Source: Chrysomallon squamiferum | Taxonomy: Eukaryota; Animalia; Mollusca | NCBI GenBank assembly: GCA_012295275.1 | Contig: CM022676.1 | Coordinates: forward strand, 1,426,001-1,490,000 | Reading direction: 5' to 3' | Length of the DNA stretch: 64,000 bases | Shown: positions 51,201-64,000 of the stretch, piece by piece | How positions within the stretch are numbered: the first letter of the stretch is position 1 | Layout: each line of letters opens with the position of its first letter | Translations under genes and position numbers: made by a program | Notes under the pieces: generated by a model | Database searches by the model: none | What the model was told of the DNA's origin: nothing | Seen by the model: only the letters and a program-made list of their open reading frames with translations

Positions 51201-53601
51201 CTTCATGTTTTTATACTTTTTATGTTTATTCCGTGATAAACATTTCAGTGAATAATGTGTTTGTGTGGCTTTGTATGTGTGTGAGTGTGAGTTTGTGTGC
51301 ATGTGCATGTGTGTGAGTGTGAGTTTGTGTGCATGTGCAAATCAGTAAATGTGTGTTTACACTTTGGTTCTGAATGACATGTCTGAGATTCTGTTTCAGC
51401 GAGAGATTGAGAAACAGCAGCAGCTTGAACGGATGCAGGAGATGAACAAACTTGCAGAGAGTCACTATTTGAAATCTATACTGAAATACCGAGGTGTTTT
51501 TCCATTCAAGAAACTGGTTCAGATGTCACGAGAAGCTGACAAACGAGCAGAGGAACATCACAGAACAGCTTTAAAAAGGTTAAAAGATATGTTTGTTCAT
51601 ATACAAACACATACTAAGGTGTTTGATAAACAGTTATCTCGTATTTGATATTTTGCTGCAAGTCTGTATTTTTTTCTGTGATTTCTCTAGTAATTTTTGT
51701 GATACATTATGGTAACAGTATGTTTAGTTATAACAGATTCCCCAGTATAATGCTTTTGAATGATTTACTAATATTATTAAAAAGAAAATAGCCTAAATTC
51801 TAATTATTCTGATTATAATTTAAAATCTGTTTAATTTTCAGAAAAGTATTTTTAGCCTGGCACAAACGTGCTGCTTCTACAATGGAGGAAAAAGTGAAGC
51901 TGGCAAATGAGATGCATAAATTTCTGTTACTGAAACACTCTGTCGATCAGTGGAAAAAGGTTAATATATTTAAACATAATTCAGATGTCTATCAGAATAA
52001 AATAGCTCAACCTGTAATTCAGTCCTAATCATACAGTAATATTCTTGATGAAGCTGATCTTAAAAGTTAGAAATGCTAATAACTTTAATTTATCATTAAA
52101 AGTTTCAAATACTAATAATTACTTTAAATTATCACTAGACGTTTTAAATTTATCAGGATTAATACCAACAAATATCCACAATGATCTCTTCACTGGTTTT
52201 ATTTCACCACATCTTTCTGAACGTTAGAAAAATATTTTACAAATCAATGAGAGATTAAAAAAAATATAATAATTTCAACGACTTAGTCAGTATAAAAATA
52301 TCCTCTTTTGTGATTGTTTAGAATCTCATTACTCATTTAACAAACAAAAATACTGACAGAGATTTTAATTTGAAGTAAAATCAGAATAAAGTTTGATCTA
52401 CTCCACTATAACTTGCAGAATTTACACAGTTCTTGGTTAAATTTCAGACATTCTTCTTGTTTTTCTCCAACCCAGGATTGAGAGAACAAAATATTGTGAT
52501 TAAAGATTCTATTTTCTCTTGGAACTTGACAGTTAAAATTAACTCTGGATATTTTATTTCTGTTGCAGCACAAGCACTGCATGAACATAATGGAAAAGAA
52601 AAGTCAGTGTTTCTATAAAAAGAGTCTCCTGTACAAAACTGTCACAGCGTGGGCACAGTACACTATGGATGAAAAAATTGCATCATGGGAAAAAGGGAGA
52701 ACAGCAAAAGAACATTATCTAAGGTTGGATGTTAATCATCAGAAGTATTTTTAGTTCTATGTTTTAGAAGTTTTATTACTATATTTATTCAATAGGTTTT
52801 TACTTCATTTGTATTTTTATTGCTGAAGACTACTTTTAGTTTTAATATATTGGCAGAAATATCTCTCCGTAATAAAACCTATTGCAGTTTTAAGTCATTT
52901 TAATGTTTATAAAGTAGCTGGCATGATTATAAGACATTCCCCAGGCAATTCCTCCTGGTCATTTCCCCTAGGATATTTCCCCCCATATCTCTATTATATT
53001 CATTATTAACATAGTGTGTATATTATAATATTTTATATTATATTTTAAGCTTATTAATATCTTATTTTATGCAAGTGATGGGGTGTTTTTGAGCAGGGAA
53101 ATGAGCAGATGTAATTATGATAAACATAAAAAGACTGGTTTTTCTTCAGTCAGTGAATTAGTATTAGTTAATTACAATTAAGATTGTTTGTAATATTAAT
53201 TCCCCACAACATATTATATTTACAGTGTTGCATCAAAGACCGGATTTTTCTTAATATGTTAATTGCAAGTTGTGATTGTATTTAATTACCATTGTTAATG
53301 TTATTGAAGTTAAGAAATGTCTGGGGGCAATTGCCCTGATACTGGCTGGTGAACCTTGTTGGACCCAGATGAATCCTGTTTTGACAGAGTCCACTGTATT
53401 AATGTAGTAAGCAGACTGAAATGTTTAAATTTGTCTTACAGGTCACTACAGAAGAAAACATTCCAAGCATGGAGGAGACTTCCATATGAGTTAGAGAAAG
53501 AGAAAGAACGAGAGAAGAGAAGAATTGAAATGATGAAGAAAGTACAGATGCTTATTCCTGATTATGAAGGTGTAGTGGATAAAAGTGTTGATATTTCATG
53601 A
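38961..53601 (+). CDS. CCDC191: Coiled-coil domain-containing protein 191 (KIAA1407 orthologue), 18 exons, predicted 998 aa
   Basis: Exons: 38961-39038, 39798-39836, 40277-40412, 41794-41979, 42456-42625, 42945-43049, 43342-43460, 44121-44295, 44804-44994, 48602-48854, 49316-49971, 50272-50363, 50873-50955, 51087-51188, 51400-51578, 51842-51959, 52569-52723, 53442-53601. All GT-AG with consistent phases, total 2997 nt. Motifs: GLYKWKR, DWIKKVEDA, HDEIHSEAEELLTQW, DPRLKMELRHQQVRENRE, LLRAWNAWR, AWQVTKRH, MEERAAER, plus Sfi1-like W repeats. Confidence 0.9.
39230..39680 (+). mobile_element. pogo/Tigger-type transposon 5' fragment in CCDC191 intron 1
   Basis: TA followed by the TIR CAGTGGTACCTCG...TTACGAG. 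CENP-B-like HTH remnant KKKQVMSIE...VLARQYKHSTSTICTILK. Absent from the equivalent position in copy A (~21495). Confidence 0.75.
41480..41793. repeat. Degenerate tandem repeats of the exon-4 acceptor region
   Basis: Recurring AAGTATTTTGTTTATGTTGTAATTT(A/C)AG and AAGCTGAAAATAATG blocks. Confidence 0.6.
45400..46083. repeat. Degenerate ~30-bp tandem repeat (continues at 48415-48530)
   Basis: Recurring GTCCTTAAATAGAACAAATGTTCTACTTGTA-like units, split by the hAT insertion. Confidence 0.7.
46084..48414 (-). mobile_element. hAT DNA transposon, Buster/Charlie type, full-length decayed copy
   Basis: TIRs CAGTGGTTCCCAACCT and AGGTTTGGAACTACTG. Exact 8-bp TSD CCTTAAAC (46076-46083 and 48415-48422) with the central TA typical of Buster elements. 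Confidence 0.95.
46422..48127 (-). pseudogene. ZBED5/SCAND3-like hAT transposase pseudogene
   Basis: KKYSDDFLKWGFT...PQCVVCLEVLAHESMKPAKL, QLDETTDVTNFAQLLVYVRY, VCTDGAPAMLG, THCMIH, LLFHIEVRWLSKG, LAYLVDIF, LLPFPTTYLCEAAFS. Multiple frameshifts. Confidence 0.93.
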
Positions 53602-54770
53602 CATCTGACTACATGTTGATGAATGTTGATGAAGGTACATATCATGCTGTGATTAATATATTACTGTAAAATATAAATTTGTTAAATTGTGAAATGAATA
53701 GTGTAAACACCTTTTTTGAACACAATTACAAACCAACATGACTAGTAATGACTGTGTGCAAAAGACGTAGTGATTTATAGTGACAGATTACAAGTTTTAA
53801 TGATACAGAATGAAAATGACTGATAGTAGTGAATTTAATAATGAATGACTGATTAGTAAGTGTGACTTTAGTCTTCATAGTGATTCTTGAGACTAACTGA
53901 TTATAATAAACTAAAAGTAACTATGACTATAGATGAATAGTGTAAATAGCTTTTTTGAATACAACTATAAACCAACATGACTAGTAATTATTGTTCATGG
54001 TGATTCTAGAGACTGACTGGTTATAGTAAATTAAAAGACTATAGAGAAAATTGGGTTTAAATAGTATTTTTGAGTTAACTTCTGTTTGTAATTTGACATT
54101 TGATTACAGAACAAATTCAATTTTTTATACAAAGTAAGTAAAACATTTGTGCCTAATGTTGTTATTTTAAAAGAAGCTAAATATCTCAAAATCTGTGTAG
54201 ATGGGACAGGACTAAGTGTAATTTTGTTAGTGCCTAAACTCTTACTAACATGTAATGTTTTATAATAATTTAACTTAATATTTTGACTTCCTCAGTGTAG
54301 GGCTGTAATTAGAACAAGTATGCTATTAGTTGGTGTAGCTGTAGGTTGTAAAAGTTTTTATTTTATCACAATGGATGTTATTTAATATTTACTGTTGTTC
54401 ATTGTATCTAAATATTTTTAGTTAATCTGATCTCAGAATTTGTTTTGTTAATGTCAGTATATCTGCTTCTCTGTAAACATGTTTACAGCTTCCCTGACCA
54501 GTATTTCAATTACAGTTTAGTATAAGTTTCCTTTTGAACTTTGATGTATGTATGTAATTTCATACATTCAATAAACATATAGAATTTCTTGCACTATTTA
54601 TATTATTATCAACAGCCATTGTTCTCTTTCTTTATATATTATCATAATATTATTATATGCATTGTTATCATAATATTATTATATATATATTGTTGTATTA
54701 TTTTCTATATTATTATCACAGCCATTCTGTCATATAAACCTCATGTACTTGTGCACCTGAAGCACAAATG

Positions 54771-54808
<38 letters not shown>

Positions 54809-54929
54809 CTGATTCGTTCATACCCTGACAATCTAAAAACAAAAATACATTTCAACTTTCTTTTCTGGGGCAGGTTCATAATTTTAGAAACATTTATTGA
54901 CCTGAATATGTGGCATAGTGTAAACAATT

Positions 54930-54958
54930 ATGACAATGACAATAACAACAACAACGAA

Positions 54959-54992
<34 letters not shown>

Positions 54993-55070
54993 GTAATAAT
55001 AATAATAATAATTTTAATAATAATATAAACAACAATAATAATAATAATAAAAACAATAATAATAATATTA
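54930..55070. repeat. (AAT/AAC)n microsatellite
   Basis: Imperfect AAT run. Source of the poly-N and poly-I ORFs. Confidence 0.9.
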
Positions 55071-58000
55071 ATCAAAATGCTAAAATTATATTTTATGAAA
55101 ACAAAATCCTGTCTGTCTGGACAAATAACAGGTCAGTCTGTAAGTGTGTTTGATATTTCTACAAGTTATTGTGTAATTCAGTATTATGATTTATGATGAA
55201 TGTTTTCAGAAAAAAACACCAATCTCATAGATTATTCAGTCCTCCGTCCAGATGTCAGCTCAGTTTGAAAATGTTTACCTCAGCAAATAACAGATTATTT
55301 CAAATTTGTATACACGACAATATACAAATTATAAAATGTTATTATGGGTTATTTTTATTTTGTAAATAAATGAGAATCAAGTCATCATTGTCATGCCACT
55401 TTTTTCTTCTTGATTGTCTCATTTAGATTTTAAATCAAAGTTTATTATTATTATTATTATTATTTACTTTTTACTTCTTAATAATTTTTAAATTTATTTA
55501 TTAATTGCTTTAATATTATTTTTTACTAACTACCTAGTGATCAGGTTTCTTTGATCTTTTCTAAACACAAATGTTAAACTGTATTATATGCAAGTCAATA
55601 ACATTATTAGAAGCCCAAAAATTATCATATGCAGATGTTTCTGCATTTTTTTATAACATATTTAAACTCATTTGTATAATTGTGAGGTTCTACTGAATTT
55701 TTTAAATTTTTTAAATTAAACACTATAATAATTAATATGATTTGAGATTAAGAAAAATTTATTCACTAGAACAGTTAAAAACCTCCCTATTTATGATACA
55801 AAAAAGAAAATACATCTGTTTAAAGTCTGAATACCTTCATTTTATGTAGCTTTTGAATTTCTACCATTCAGTCTTAATATGAAGTATAATTATAAAAGAA
55901 TATTTTTAAACTTGTCAGTCATTTTATGTTGTTTGGAGAAGTTTCCTACTATGGTCACAAAAGACATGGCTGTTGCTTTCACACACACACACACATACAC
56001 ACAAACAGTACGTAAAAAGAAAAATGTTATTTAAATGTTCTGCACCAGTTTTGTTTTATTCTTTATCATTGTTTTTACTTTACTAATTTCAAACTTTTCA
56101 TGTTAAGGGATTTTAAATCAGCTTTCTGTTTTACTTAATCTTTGTAGTAATTTTTTAATAATTTAGTTTTATACATTTAGTTTATTTTTAAAAAATTATA
56201 CATTAATTTATTTATTATTGTTGTTGTATTATTATTATTATTAACTTTTTTTTTTTTTTAAATAAATTATTTTCAGTGAACTCTAATGTGAAAAACCAAT
56301 AAAGGATACATTAAAGAAACATGTTAAGAAACAGTATTTATTCAGTCAAAAACAATTTTATCTACAGATGACAATATCATGAACATGTACCGACACTTGA
56401 CAGAATGAAAGATACAGACTGCATCATGATAAATGATGAACCCTAAATTTAAAATTGTCTTTTACATGTATATTATCTAAAAATCATCAAAATGGATCTA
56501 AAAAGTATTATTGTCACTTATTAAAAATGAAACTGAAGTATTTAAATTTCTTAGACTTATACTATTGTAGCAAACAGTTTATTCAATATATAATTTATAC
56601 AAGCCTGGTCTTATTTCAAAACTTTTTATTCTTTTGTACTATTTGTTTTCATAGCATTTAGGCATCTTTAATTTCTTCCATGTAATAATTTGTAATGCCA
56701 GAGCTAATATGAGGTAAAGTTTTTTTCATTATTATTTTTCAAACTGATATGCAGTAACAGCTTTGTAACTTAAAATTCCAAATGTATTTTAATGCAGATG
56801 GCATTTATTTTTTATTTTATTTTTTTCATTATTATTATGATTTTATTACCATCATCATCATTATCAATAGAGGATATTGCAAATAGAAAAAAGTTTTATG
56901 TCCCTCCTAAAATTCTATCTCTCATGACTATTATTATTCAAAATGGATACAATGGAATATTTTTTTAAGGTAGATTCATCAGTAAAGTGACACATTCATA
57001 AATCCATATTACATAAATCCATATTACATAAACATGAATACATATAAATATTAACAAGCAAAACAAGATATTATCAATGAAAAAGAAGAATCACCTCATG
57101 CCTAAGTAAAGAAAATGACTATAAAAGTGGTCACAGTCTTAATTACCCATAATAAAAAACTTATCTAATGTATTTATTTACAGCAAAACAAATTAATATA
57201 GTTAATATATATGTACATATTTATTCTTCCCCAAACACTGTACTGACAAATACATTTTATTTTTGTAATATCATAATTTCAGTTTTAGAAAATATAATAA
57301 TAAAATAATAATTTATTCTGTGAAAGATCCCAGATAATTAGACCAAAAAAAATCGTCTTTCATTAATAAACATAATTAAAATATAAATTATTTACTTTTA
57401 TATACTTGATCTGTGAAAGGGCTGTTACTTTCTTCCAATGGCCAAAAGATGTTAGACTACAATAAATTTTTTTAATTTGTTTGATTGTTTCAACCAGAAG
57501 TTTGTCTTCCAAAATAGCTTGCCAGTGAATTATTTATACTGAGGTATTGTATATAAAAACATCTATATGATATTTCAATATAATACATTTTTCCATCTGC
57601 CAGATGTTTCAGTCACAAATTGGCAAAAACATTTCTTTTTCTCATATGCATTTACATAATTTACTTGGGATAAAAAAATTTGGCAGCCATATTGAATAAT
57701 AATAACTTAGTTTTTGATAAAGAATTTATAAAATTTCTTCTTCATTGATTAAACTGTTTTTAAAAAAGCCCACCAAAAATCAACAAATGAACAAAATAAA
57801 ATAATAAGTTCAAATTAAATCAGACTTAAAAAATAATAAACAAATAATAAATCCCTATTAATATATTATTCCATATTAAAACAGGAAAAGAATTGCTAAT
57901 GTTCAAACTTATATAATGAATACCTGTATTGATTAACCAGCCCTTTGAAACCAAGTTAACAGTTAATATATTAAATGTGGTTCTGATGAATCAATTAAAA

Positions 58001-59904
58001 GAAAATGCTCACATAAAAACTAGTTCAAGCTGTTACAATAGTTTGTAATAAAATCGTGAAAACAAAACAAGTGACCACGCACAGTTTTGTTAAACAAAAC
58101 AAGTTATTTAAAATAAAATTATAATTTGTCAATGAATAATTAAAAATGTTATGTTCAAAACCAAATAGAATTTTTAGAATTAATACACAATTTATCATAA
58201 TATAAACAATTTTACAGATAAAAAAATAAAATCTTTCCTCATTTCCTTTTTGTTGTTTTTCTTTGTCTGAAAATTAATTTTAAAAAATAAGATTTACTAA
58301 GGAACAAAGTGATTATCTGCAAGCTATTTAAGAAAAATAAATCTTACATTAAAATACAAAAATTCATTAATATCAAATCAGTATGTCCATTATTAGAAAC
58401 ATCTGTATCTAGATTTTAATATTCTTTTTAAAAAAATTGGAAAATTATCAACCTGTTATTAATATTTCACATAATAAAGGTGAAAAATATTTAATCCTAG
58501 TCAAATTATTAAATTACAACTAACAAAATTTAATGTTTAATCTCTTTTTTGAAAGGAGAGAAACTGAGAATATGGGAGAGTTAATATGATAGAGAAAGGA
58601 CAATAAAAGCATCTGTTTCCAACAGCAGATGAATGTTATTAAAAACTTGTACATTTATTAGCAAGAATAGCAAGCTGCTGTAAGCAAGTTATTCTTTATA
58701 ATTAATTTATATGAAAATTTTGTTTATATCTGAACTTTAAATGGATATTTATTTTTGAATTATTACATTTAGACTAAGAAAAACTTTGTGCGAGCTAAAT
58801 TAAAATTCCTTTTATATTGCAATATGAAAAATTGTGTTTATATCTGAGAGAAATATCTAAGACAAATTGATAAGATTATCTGAACAGTTTTTGTACAGCA
58901 GAATTGAATAAAACTTATTATTTTCCATGAACTGAGCTTCTGAGAAACTGTATCTTGTATCAGTTAGAACTTTTCTTCATTATAACACATTATTTAAAAC
59001 TTTAAAGTTTATATTACCACATCATAAACTGTAAATATATAGCTTACCTAAGTTGTAAACTTTACCTGAACAAATTATCTAAATCATAAACTTTACCTTC
59101 ACAGCTTATCTAAACAGCACCTAAACCAAGTTAACATTCACATCAAATATTTATTCAGTTTTACATTTGTGGGATATCTACACTATCAATTTTACATTCA
59201 TAGATTAACAAAATCATCATTTTCACATTAGTAATAACTGAAATAATCAATTTCATATTGACAATATCAAAAAAACAAAATGAAAAAAATATATAAATAT
59301 ATACTTCCCTCTTATTGAAGACTATCTTTTGTCTGAAGATTCATGTTTAAATTACTGTAAATTTATAAACATTTAAATATTTTAAAACATTTGATATAAG
59401 ACTACATCAATTTATATAATAAGCAAAATAAAAATAATCAGTTTTAATTCAAATAACTAGTTTTACAAAAATTATATCATTAATTTGGAAATTAAAAAAG
59501 TGTAACAAAAATATATTTTTTAAATATAAACATAAAATAAAAATATTCAATAAAACATAGGAAAACAAAACAAAATGTATATTATCAAAAAAAAAAAAAA
59601 CATGACAGTTCCATGATTTTACTTCCAGCATTTGAGAAAATAGATTTTGGTTAAAGGTCCCTTTACTTCTGTTTCAAAAGGATTTTTCTGTCACAATCTT
59701 TAAAAGAATGTAATAAAAAATCTTTCTAGCATCAGAAACTATTTCCCCAGACAAGAAGATTGCGAATCTTACACACAACACTTTTTCGGAAATGTTTATT
59801 TGCAAGTTATGGAAATTTGACTCCAATTCTTGCTACACCTGTTTCACTTAGGTTTACTTGTGTGTATTTATGTTGAAATGTCTGAATGAAGTCTGCTGAT
59901 ACAA

Positions 59905-60617
59905 TCAGCTTTCATTGCTGATATGTTCTTCAAAACCTTCACTTTCTGTAACCAGGGCCCGCTCAAGAATCACACGGCCTTCTTTGTACTTTTGGTTATC
60001 CTCAGTTGCAAACTCATAAATCCAGCCAAGTTTGGCATCACAATTTTTGCAAGAAACGTCCCTCACCATGTGTCTGCCTGTGAGCATGACCCGGTCCTGA
60101 ACCTCGCTGTAGTTGAGATTCACAACTTGGTTAAATAAAAATGCTCTTCCAGTAGCACCTTTAAAAAAACAAAAATTATTATATTTAATTGTATTAAACA
60201 AAACACAATAAATTACAGAAAGAAACACACAGAAAATACAAACAGTGCACAAAGAGAGAGAGAGAGAGAGAAAGAATGAGATAGAAATATATATGTATAT
60301 AAAAATAAAAACTATAAGCAGCAAAAATTAATAATTATATACTGTTAACACTAAACGAAACAAAATATGTGTAATAATACTTCTGACACTAAACACTAAA
60401 ATTTAATGATTTTTATTTCTACCAGGAAACTAAAAATCAGTCTTACTAAATAGCAAAATTAGCAGTCATACTGCTGACTCTAGACTGCAAAATTAATTTA
60501 CTACTGACCTGTAAACCGGGTGGATATAAGCTGGGCTCGGTTTGTCAGTGGCGTTTCACAACTGGCACATGAGAAGATTCTTGTCCCTCCAAGATGTTTC
60601 AGAAAAATCCGACCCAT
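59905..60617 (-). CDS. YPEL5: Protein yippee-like 5, 120 aa, 2 coding exons
   Basis: Exon 60509-60617 ([36 protein letters not shown]) plus exon 59905-60158 ([84 protein letters not shown]). 363 nt with two CxxC pairs. Confidence 0.96.
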
Positions 60618-61005
60618 GTTGCTTTTAAAATTAATTATAAAAAATAGTTATATTATATAATCTTTGAAAAGACCTTTATGTCTATAATAAATCTCTATAA
60701 AAAATTATTAAGATCAATTAATATATCTTTAAAACTAATTTAAATAAAGATAAGCAATGAAACAATTAACACTTAGGTTTTTCGGTCATTTTTTGAAACA
60801 AAATGAAACCATTTTGGATTTCTTTTTCTTTTTTTGTTATTCATTTCTTTGTTTCACTTACTTAAAAATCTGCTTCTTGTTATTGTTACTTGTGCAAAAA
60901 GAAGAGTTTACCCTGATGATAAAACTATAATAAATAAATTATAAACTTTACCTTAACAAATTATTTAAAACTATACTAATAATAATAATAATAAAAAATA
61001 ATAAC

Positions 61006-61040
<35 letters not shown>

Positions 61041-61268
61041 TTAGATGTCATCCTAAATGAAACTAACCCTATCTCTGGGTATGAAAAGATCAGAATCTTT
61101 ATACTTGATTTTTGACTTTGTGATAATATTTTAAATCCATTTGGCATTTGATTGTAGAAATTATAAGCAATCAAACTAACCAGTGATTTATATATCATAA
61201 TGACGTTAGATATTTTTATATATTTATTTTATTACCCTTTTAACAAGCAGTATAGCTGTATATTCCAA

Positions 61269-61316
<48 letters not shown>

Positions 61317-63643
61317 AATAAATGTTTATTCTGGATATCTACATAACATCATTATTTTTTTACACAAATTTCTTAACACAGCAATCATTGAAAAAGAAAT
61401 ATTGTCTTTAGAATTAAAAAAAGTTGTTAAGAAAATAGCATATTACTTATTAATAGTATAATTATTAACAATGTTACAATGTTGCCTTGTCAAACCATCG
61501 AGAATTTGTAAACAAATATCAAGATATTCGTGCCAATTATGATTATAATACAACTAACTTTTAATACGAAACATAATAATAATATACGAAACAGAACATA
61601 CACAATACCGAGATAACTTCTCAATGTAATCGTCAAAAATGCAAAAAAAATTGACACTAGAAATCAGGTACGGCAATGTTTTTGTTAACACGACCTTCCT
61701 TGTCAAGGAAACATAACTCTAATGAGTGAAAGAGGCCCAAAGAAGGAGAACCATTTAATTATCACGCGTTAATTACAAAAATTAGGTTTAATAGCTTCCC
61801 TGGTGTAGAAGAAGATGAAGAAGAAGCAGAAGAAGAAGAAGAAGAAGAAGAAGAAAGGCCGTTATTAAATTATGGTAACGGTAAATACTTATAAATGCAT
61901 TTGAATTGTATTGGAGGACTGCAGAGATACTAGAAGATATTCTCGGTCTTCGTAATGAATTAATTACTAAAACAGTTATTTTATTTTATTTGTAATATTT
62001 TTTTAACCATTATGAAGAGAAGATAAATCGATGGTAAACTCCCATTAGTTATACTTGCCAATAGTCATACAGTTTAAAACAACAAGAATGAAAAAAAAAA
62101 ATCCTTTAATTATGTTACTTTGCAGGTAAACCAATACATTACGTTTTTTTTTGTTTTTTTTTCCTTGCTATACAACTGGATTACGTGTTTTGACTGATCG
62201 AACTATGGAGGTGTTTAGTTACTGGGAAATCAGACCGGATTCCAGTATTGACTCACTGGTGTGGATTCGGATAATCATTTTAAATAAGCACGTTGAGTAA
62301 GAAAATATACAGTCAAACCCCTGTAAATCGACACACCTATTTTTATCACTGTTGTTATTATTTGGTCATATAATAAATATACCTCGCTTTAACATTCCCC
62401 GCTTTCCGCATCAGTTGACGAAATGAACCGCCATTAGCCGATCTTGTCTGTGATCATATAAACCCATCATGCAAACCAAGTTGCATTTACGTGTCTTATT
62501 TAATGAATAACAATTATGTTTTTTAATGTACTTATTTTCTAAAGCAATCTCGAATTGATCCCATGATATAAATTACTCCAACACAAACATTAAAATTTGT
62601 CAGTTTTCGAGAAACAAATTAATGACAGGAATATAGAAAACATGTAAATGGTTTAACGATTAGTATCCTCCTCCCCTTAAATTCGAAAACCACTGAACGC
62701 TTTATTATGCCAAAGTCCTTTTAGCACCGATGTCGGCATCATCCAGAGGCGTATCTAAATATGACATGCGCAGTTAGAATATCTAAACACTGTATGTAGT
62801 ACATTATATAAGTGGAATTAAAATATGTAAATCTGAATTAAATATGTAAATATTTCGTTCATTTAGAATATATGTCAGTAATACACCTAATTTAGATTAT
62901 GTACGTAATAAACGCAGTTAGAATATGTAAATATGTATGTAATATACGATGAATTAGAGTGTGATACACACTGAATTTGAACGTAAATAAGTACGTACAA
63001 ATCATACGTAATTAGAATAACATAACTCACGCTAGATTATAATGTATAAAATTGTTTTATTTGAGTGGTTTTTTTTAATGGTTTTTTTTATTATTATTTT
63101 TTTTCCCCCATTTTTCCATATTATTTAAAAGATAATAAAATCAATGTTTAACGTTAGCAAATGAGGTACTTTTGATTTTTTTCACAAAGATAAAAGAAAA
63201 AGTAGAAATTATAATAAATTATTATGTTTGGCGTTTGTAAAATGAGGTATACAGATAAAAACGTTTGAAATGAGCTGACATTGATTTCAGCTCGTCTAAA
63301 CGTCGCTTGCTGACAGCGTAGTGGTCAGTATCTTCAGAAATAAAATCATTATTTACGCACTCGTTATTGATAAATGTCAATTCGATGTATATTAATAGAT
63401 CGCAACAAAAGCTAAGGTAATAAAAAAATAAAAAATTTGGTTAAGTTTTAACAACAGTGCACGAGATTTTGCTGACGTGGAGGCATGTGTTCGATGAATA
63501 TTCCACTTCACAAATGGTAGATTTAAGCTAAGGTACTTAAAGAAGCAATAAAAGTTTGTTTCTCAAATCGCTGAATAAGGTGCAGGCGAACCTTCGTGAT
63601 TCGTGGTCTATAAAGAAATCAATATCGTATTTTTGTTAAAATC

Positions 63644-63791
63644 ATGCGTTCTTTAAGTCGGTTATGCACTGAATGTGGCAGTATTTGTAAAACACCTTTA
63701 TTAATTCGTCTTATATTTTTATTTGGTTTTCTGCTCATTATGTGGATTAATTTACCTTTGACAAGAAATTATTCAAAAAATTCCTGCCCAG
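63644..63791 (+). CDS. First coding exon of a probable type II membrane protein (continues beyond the window)
   Basis: ATG in AATCATGC context, short basic N-terminus, hydrophobic LLIRLIFLFGFLLIMWINLPL, then a strong donor CAG|GTAAGT at 63791/63792. Divergent from YPEL5. The topology fits a Golgi glycosyl- or sulfotransferase, but the family cannot be identified here. Confidence 0.55.
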
Positions 63792-64000
63792 GTAAGTACA
63801 TCCGAATAGACGAATATTGTGAACATAAAAATGTTTCTGTTAATTATGATGATGTGAGTGAGTACCGTGCGCACGCACGATACAACACATTAATTCACTT
63901 TCTTACTTGTTAGTCATTATGATTTTTAAAAATTATTATTTTCGTAAAAAGGTTAAAGATGATTTGTAAAATTGCCGAAAAAAACCCCACATATAAATGC

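Larger units (their letters stand above)
31340..58560 (+). repeat. Segmental duplication copy B (intact, parental-like copy)
   Basis: Contains all blocks matched by copy A plus the segments deleted from it. Confidence 0.85.

Noticed and set aside
62308-62345. pogo-like terminus TACAGTCAAACCCCTGTAAATCGACAC
   Set aside because: No matching second TIR or internal sequence found; too short to call.

Overview
AT-rich, intron-containing animal genomic DNA, probably an invertebrate (a mollusc-like assignment is inference only). Left to right: (1) a decayed Tc1/mariner element; (2) a decayed minus-strand leucine-rich-repeat (LRR) gene, interrupted by a ~7.4-kb APE-RT-RNase H LINE whose 3' tail is also present just upstream, giving a pseudo-LTR, and with one exon broken by a 6x64-bp out-of-frame amplification; (3) a long-TIR Sola2-like MITE; (4) a local segmental duplication. 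Copy B (~31.3-58.6 kb) holds a secreted two-Ig-domain gene head-to-head with an 18-exon CCDC191 gene (998 aa by my splice reconstruction). Copy A (~14.8-25.8 kb) is heavily deleted, with a one-Ig version of the Ig gene and a CCDC191 remnant. Between the copies lie a six-exon SID-1/SIDT pseudogene fragment, missed by the ORF track, and an L1/Tx1-type LINE fragment. A hAT (Buster/Charlie-type) element with an 8-bp TSD sits in CCDC191 intron 9. The right end has a complete YPEL5 gene (minus strand) and the first exon of a divergent gene for a type II membrane protein. Exon models were read by eye from GT-AG boundaries and frame continuity; no database searches were run. I see no clear-cut new biological system. 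The best leads are the self-targeting or pseudo-LTR LINE, the in-frame exon-loss Ig paralogue pair and the captured SID-1 fragment.
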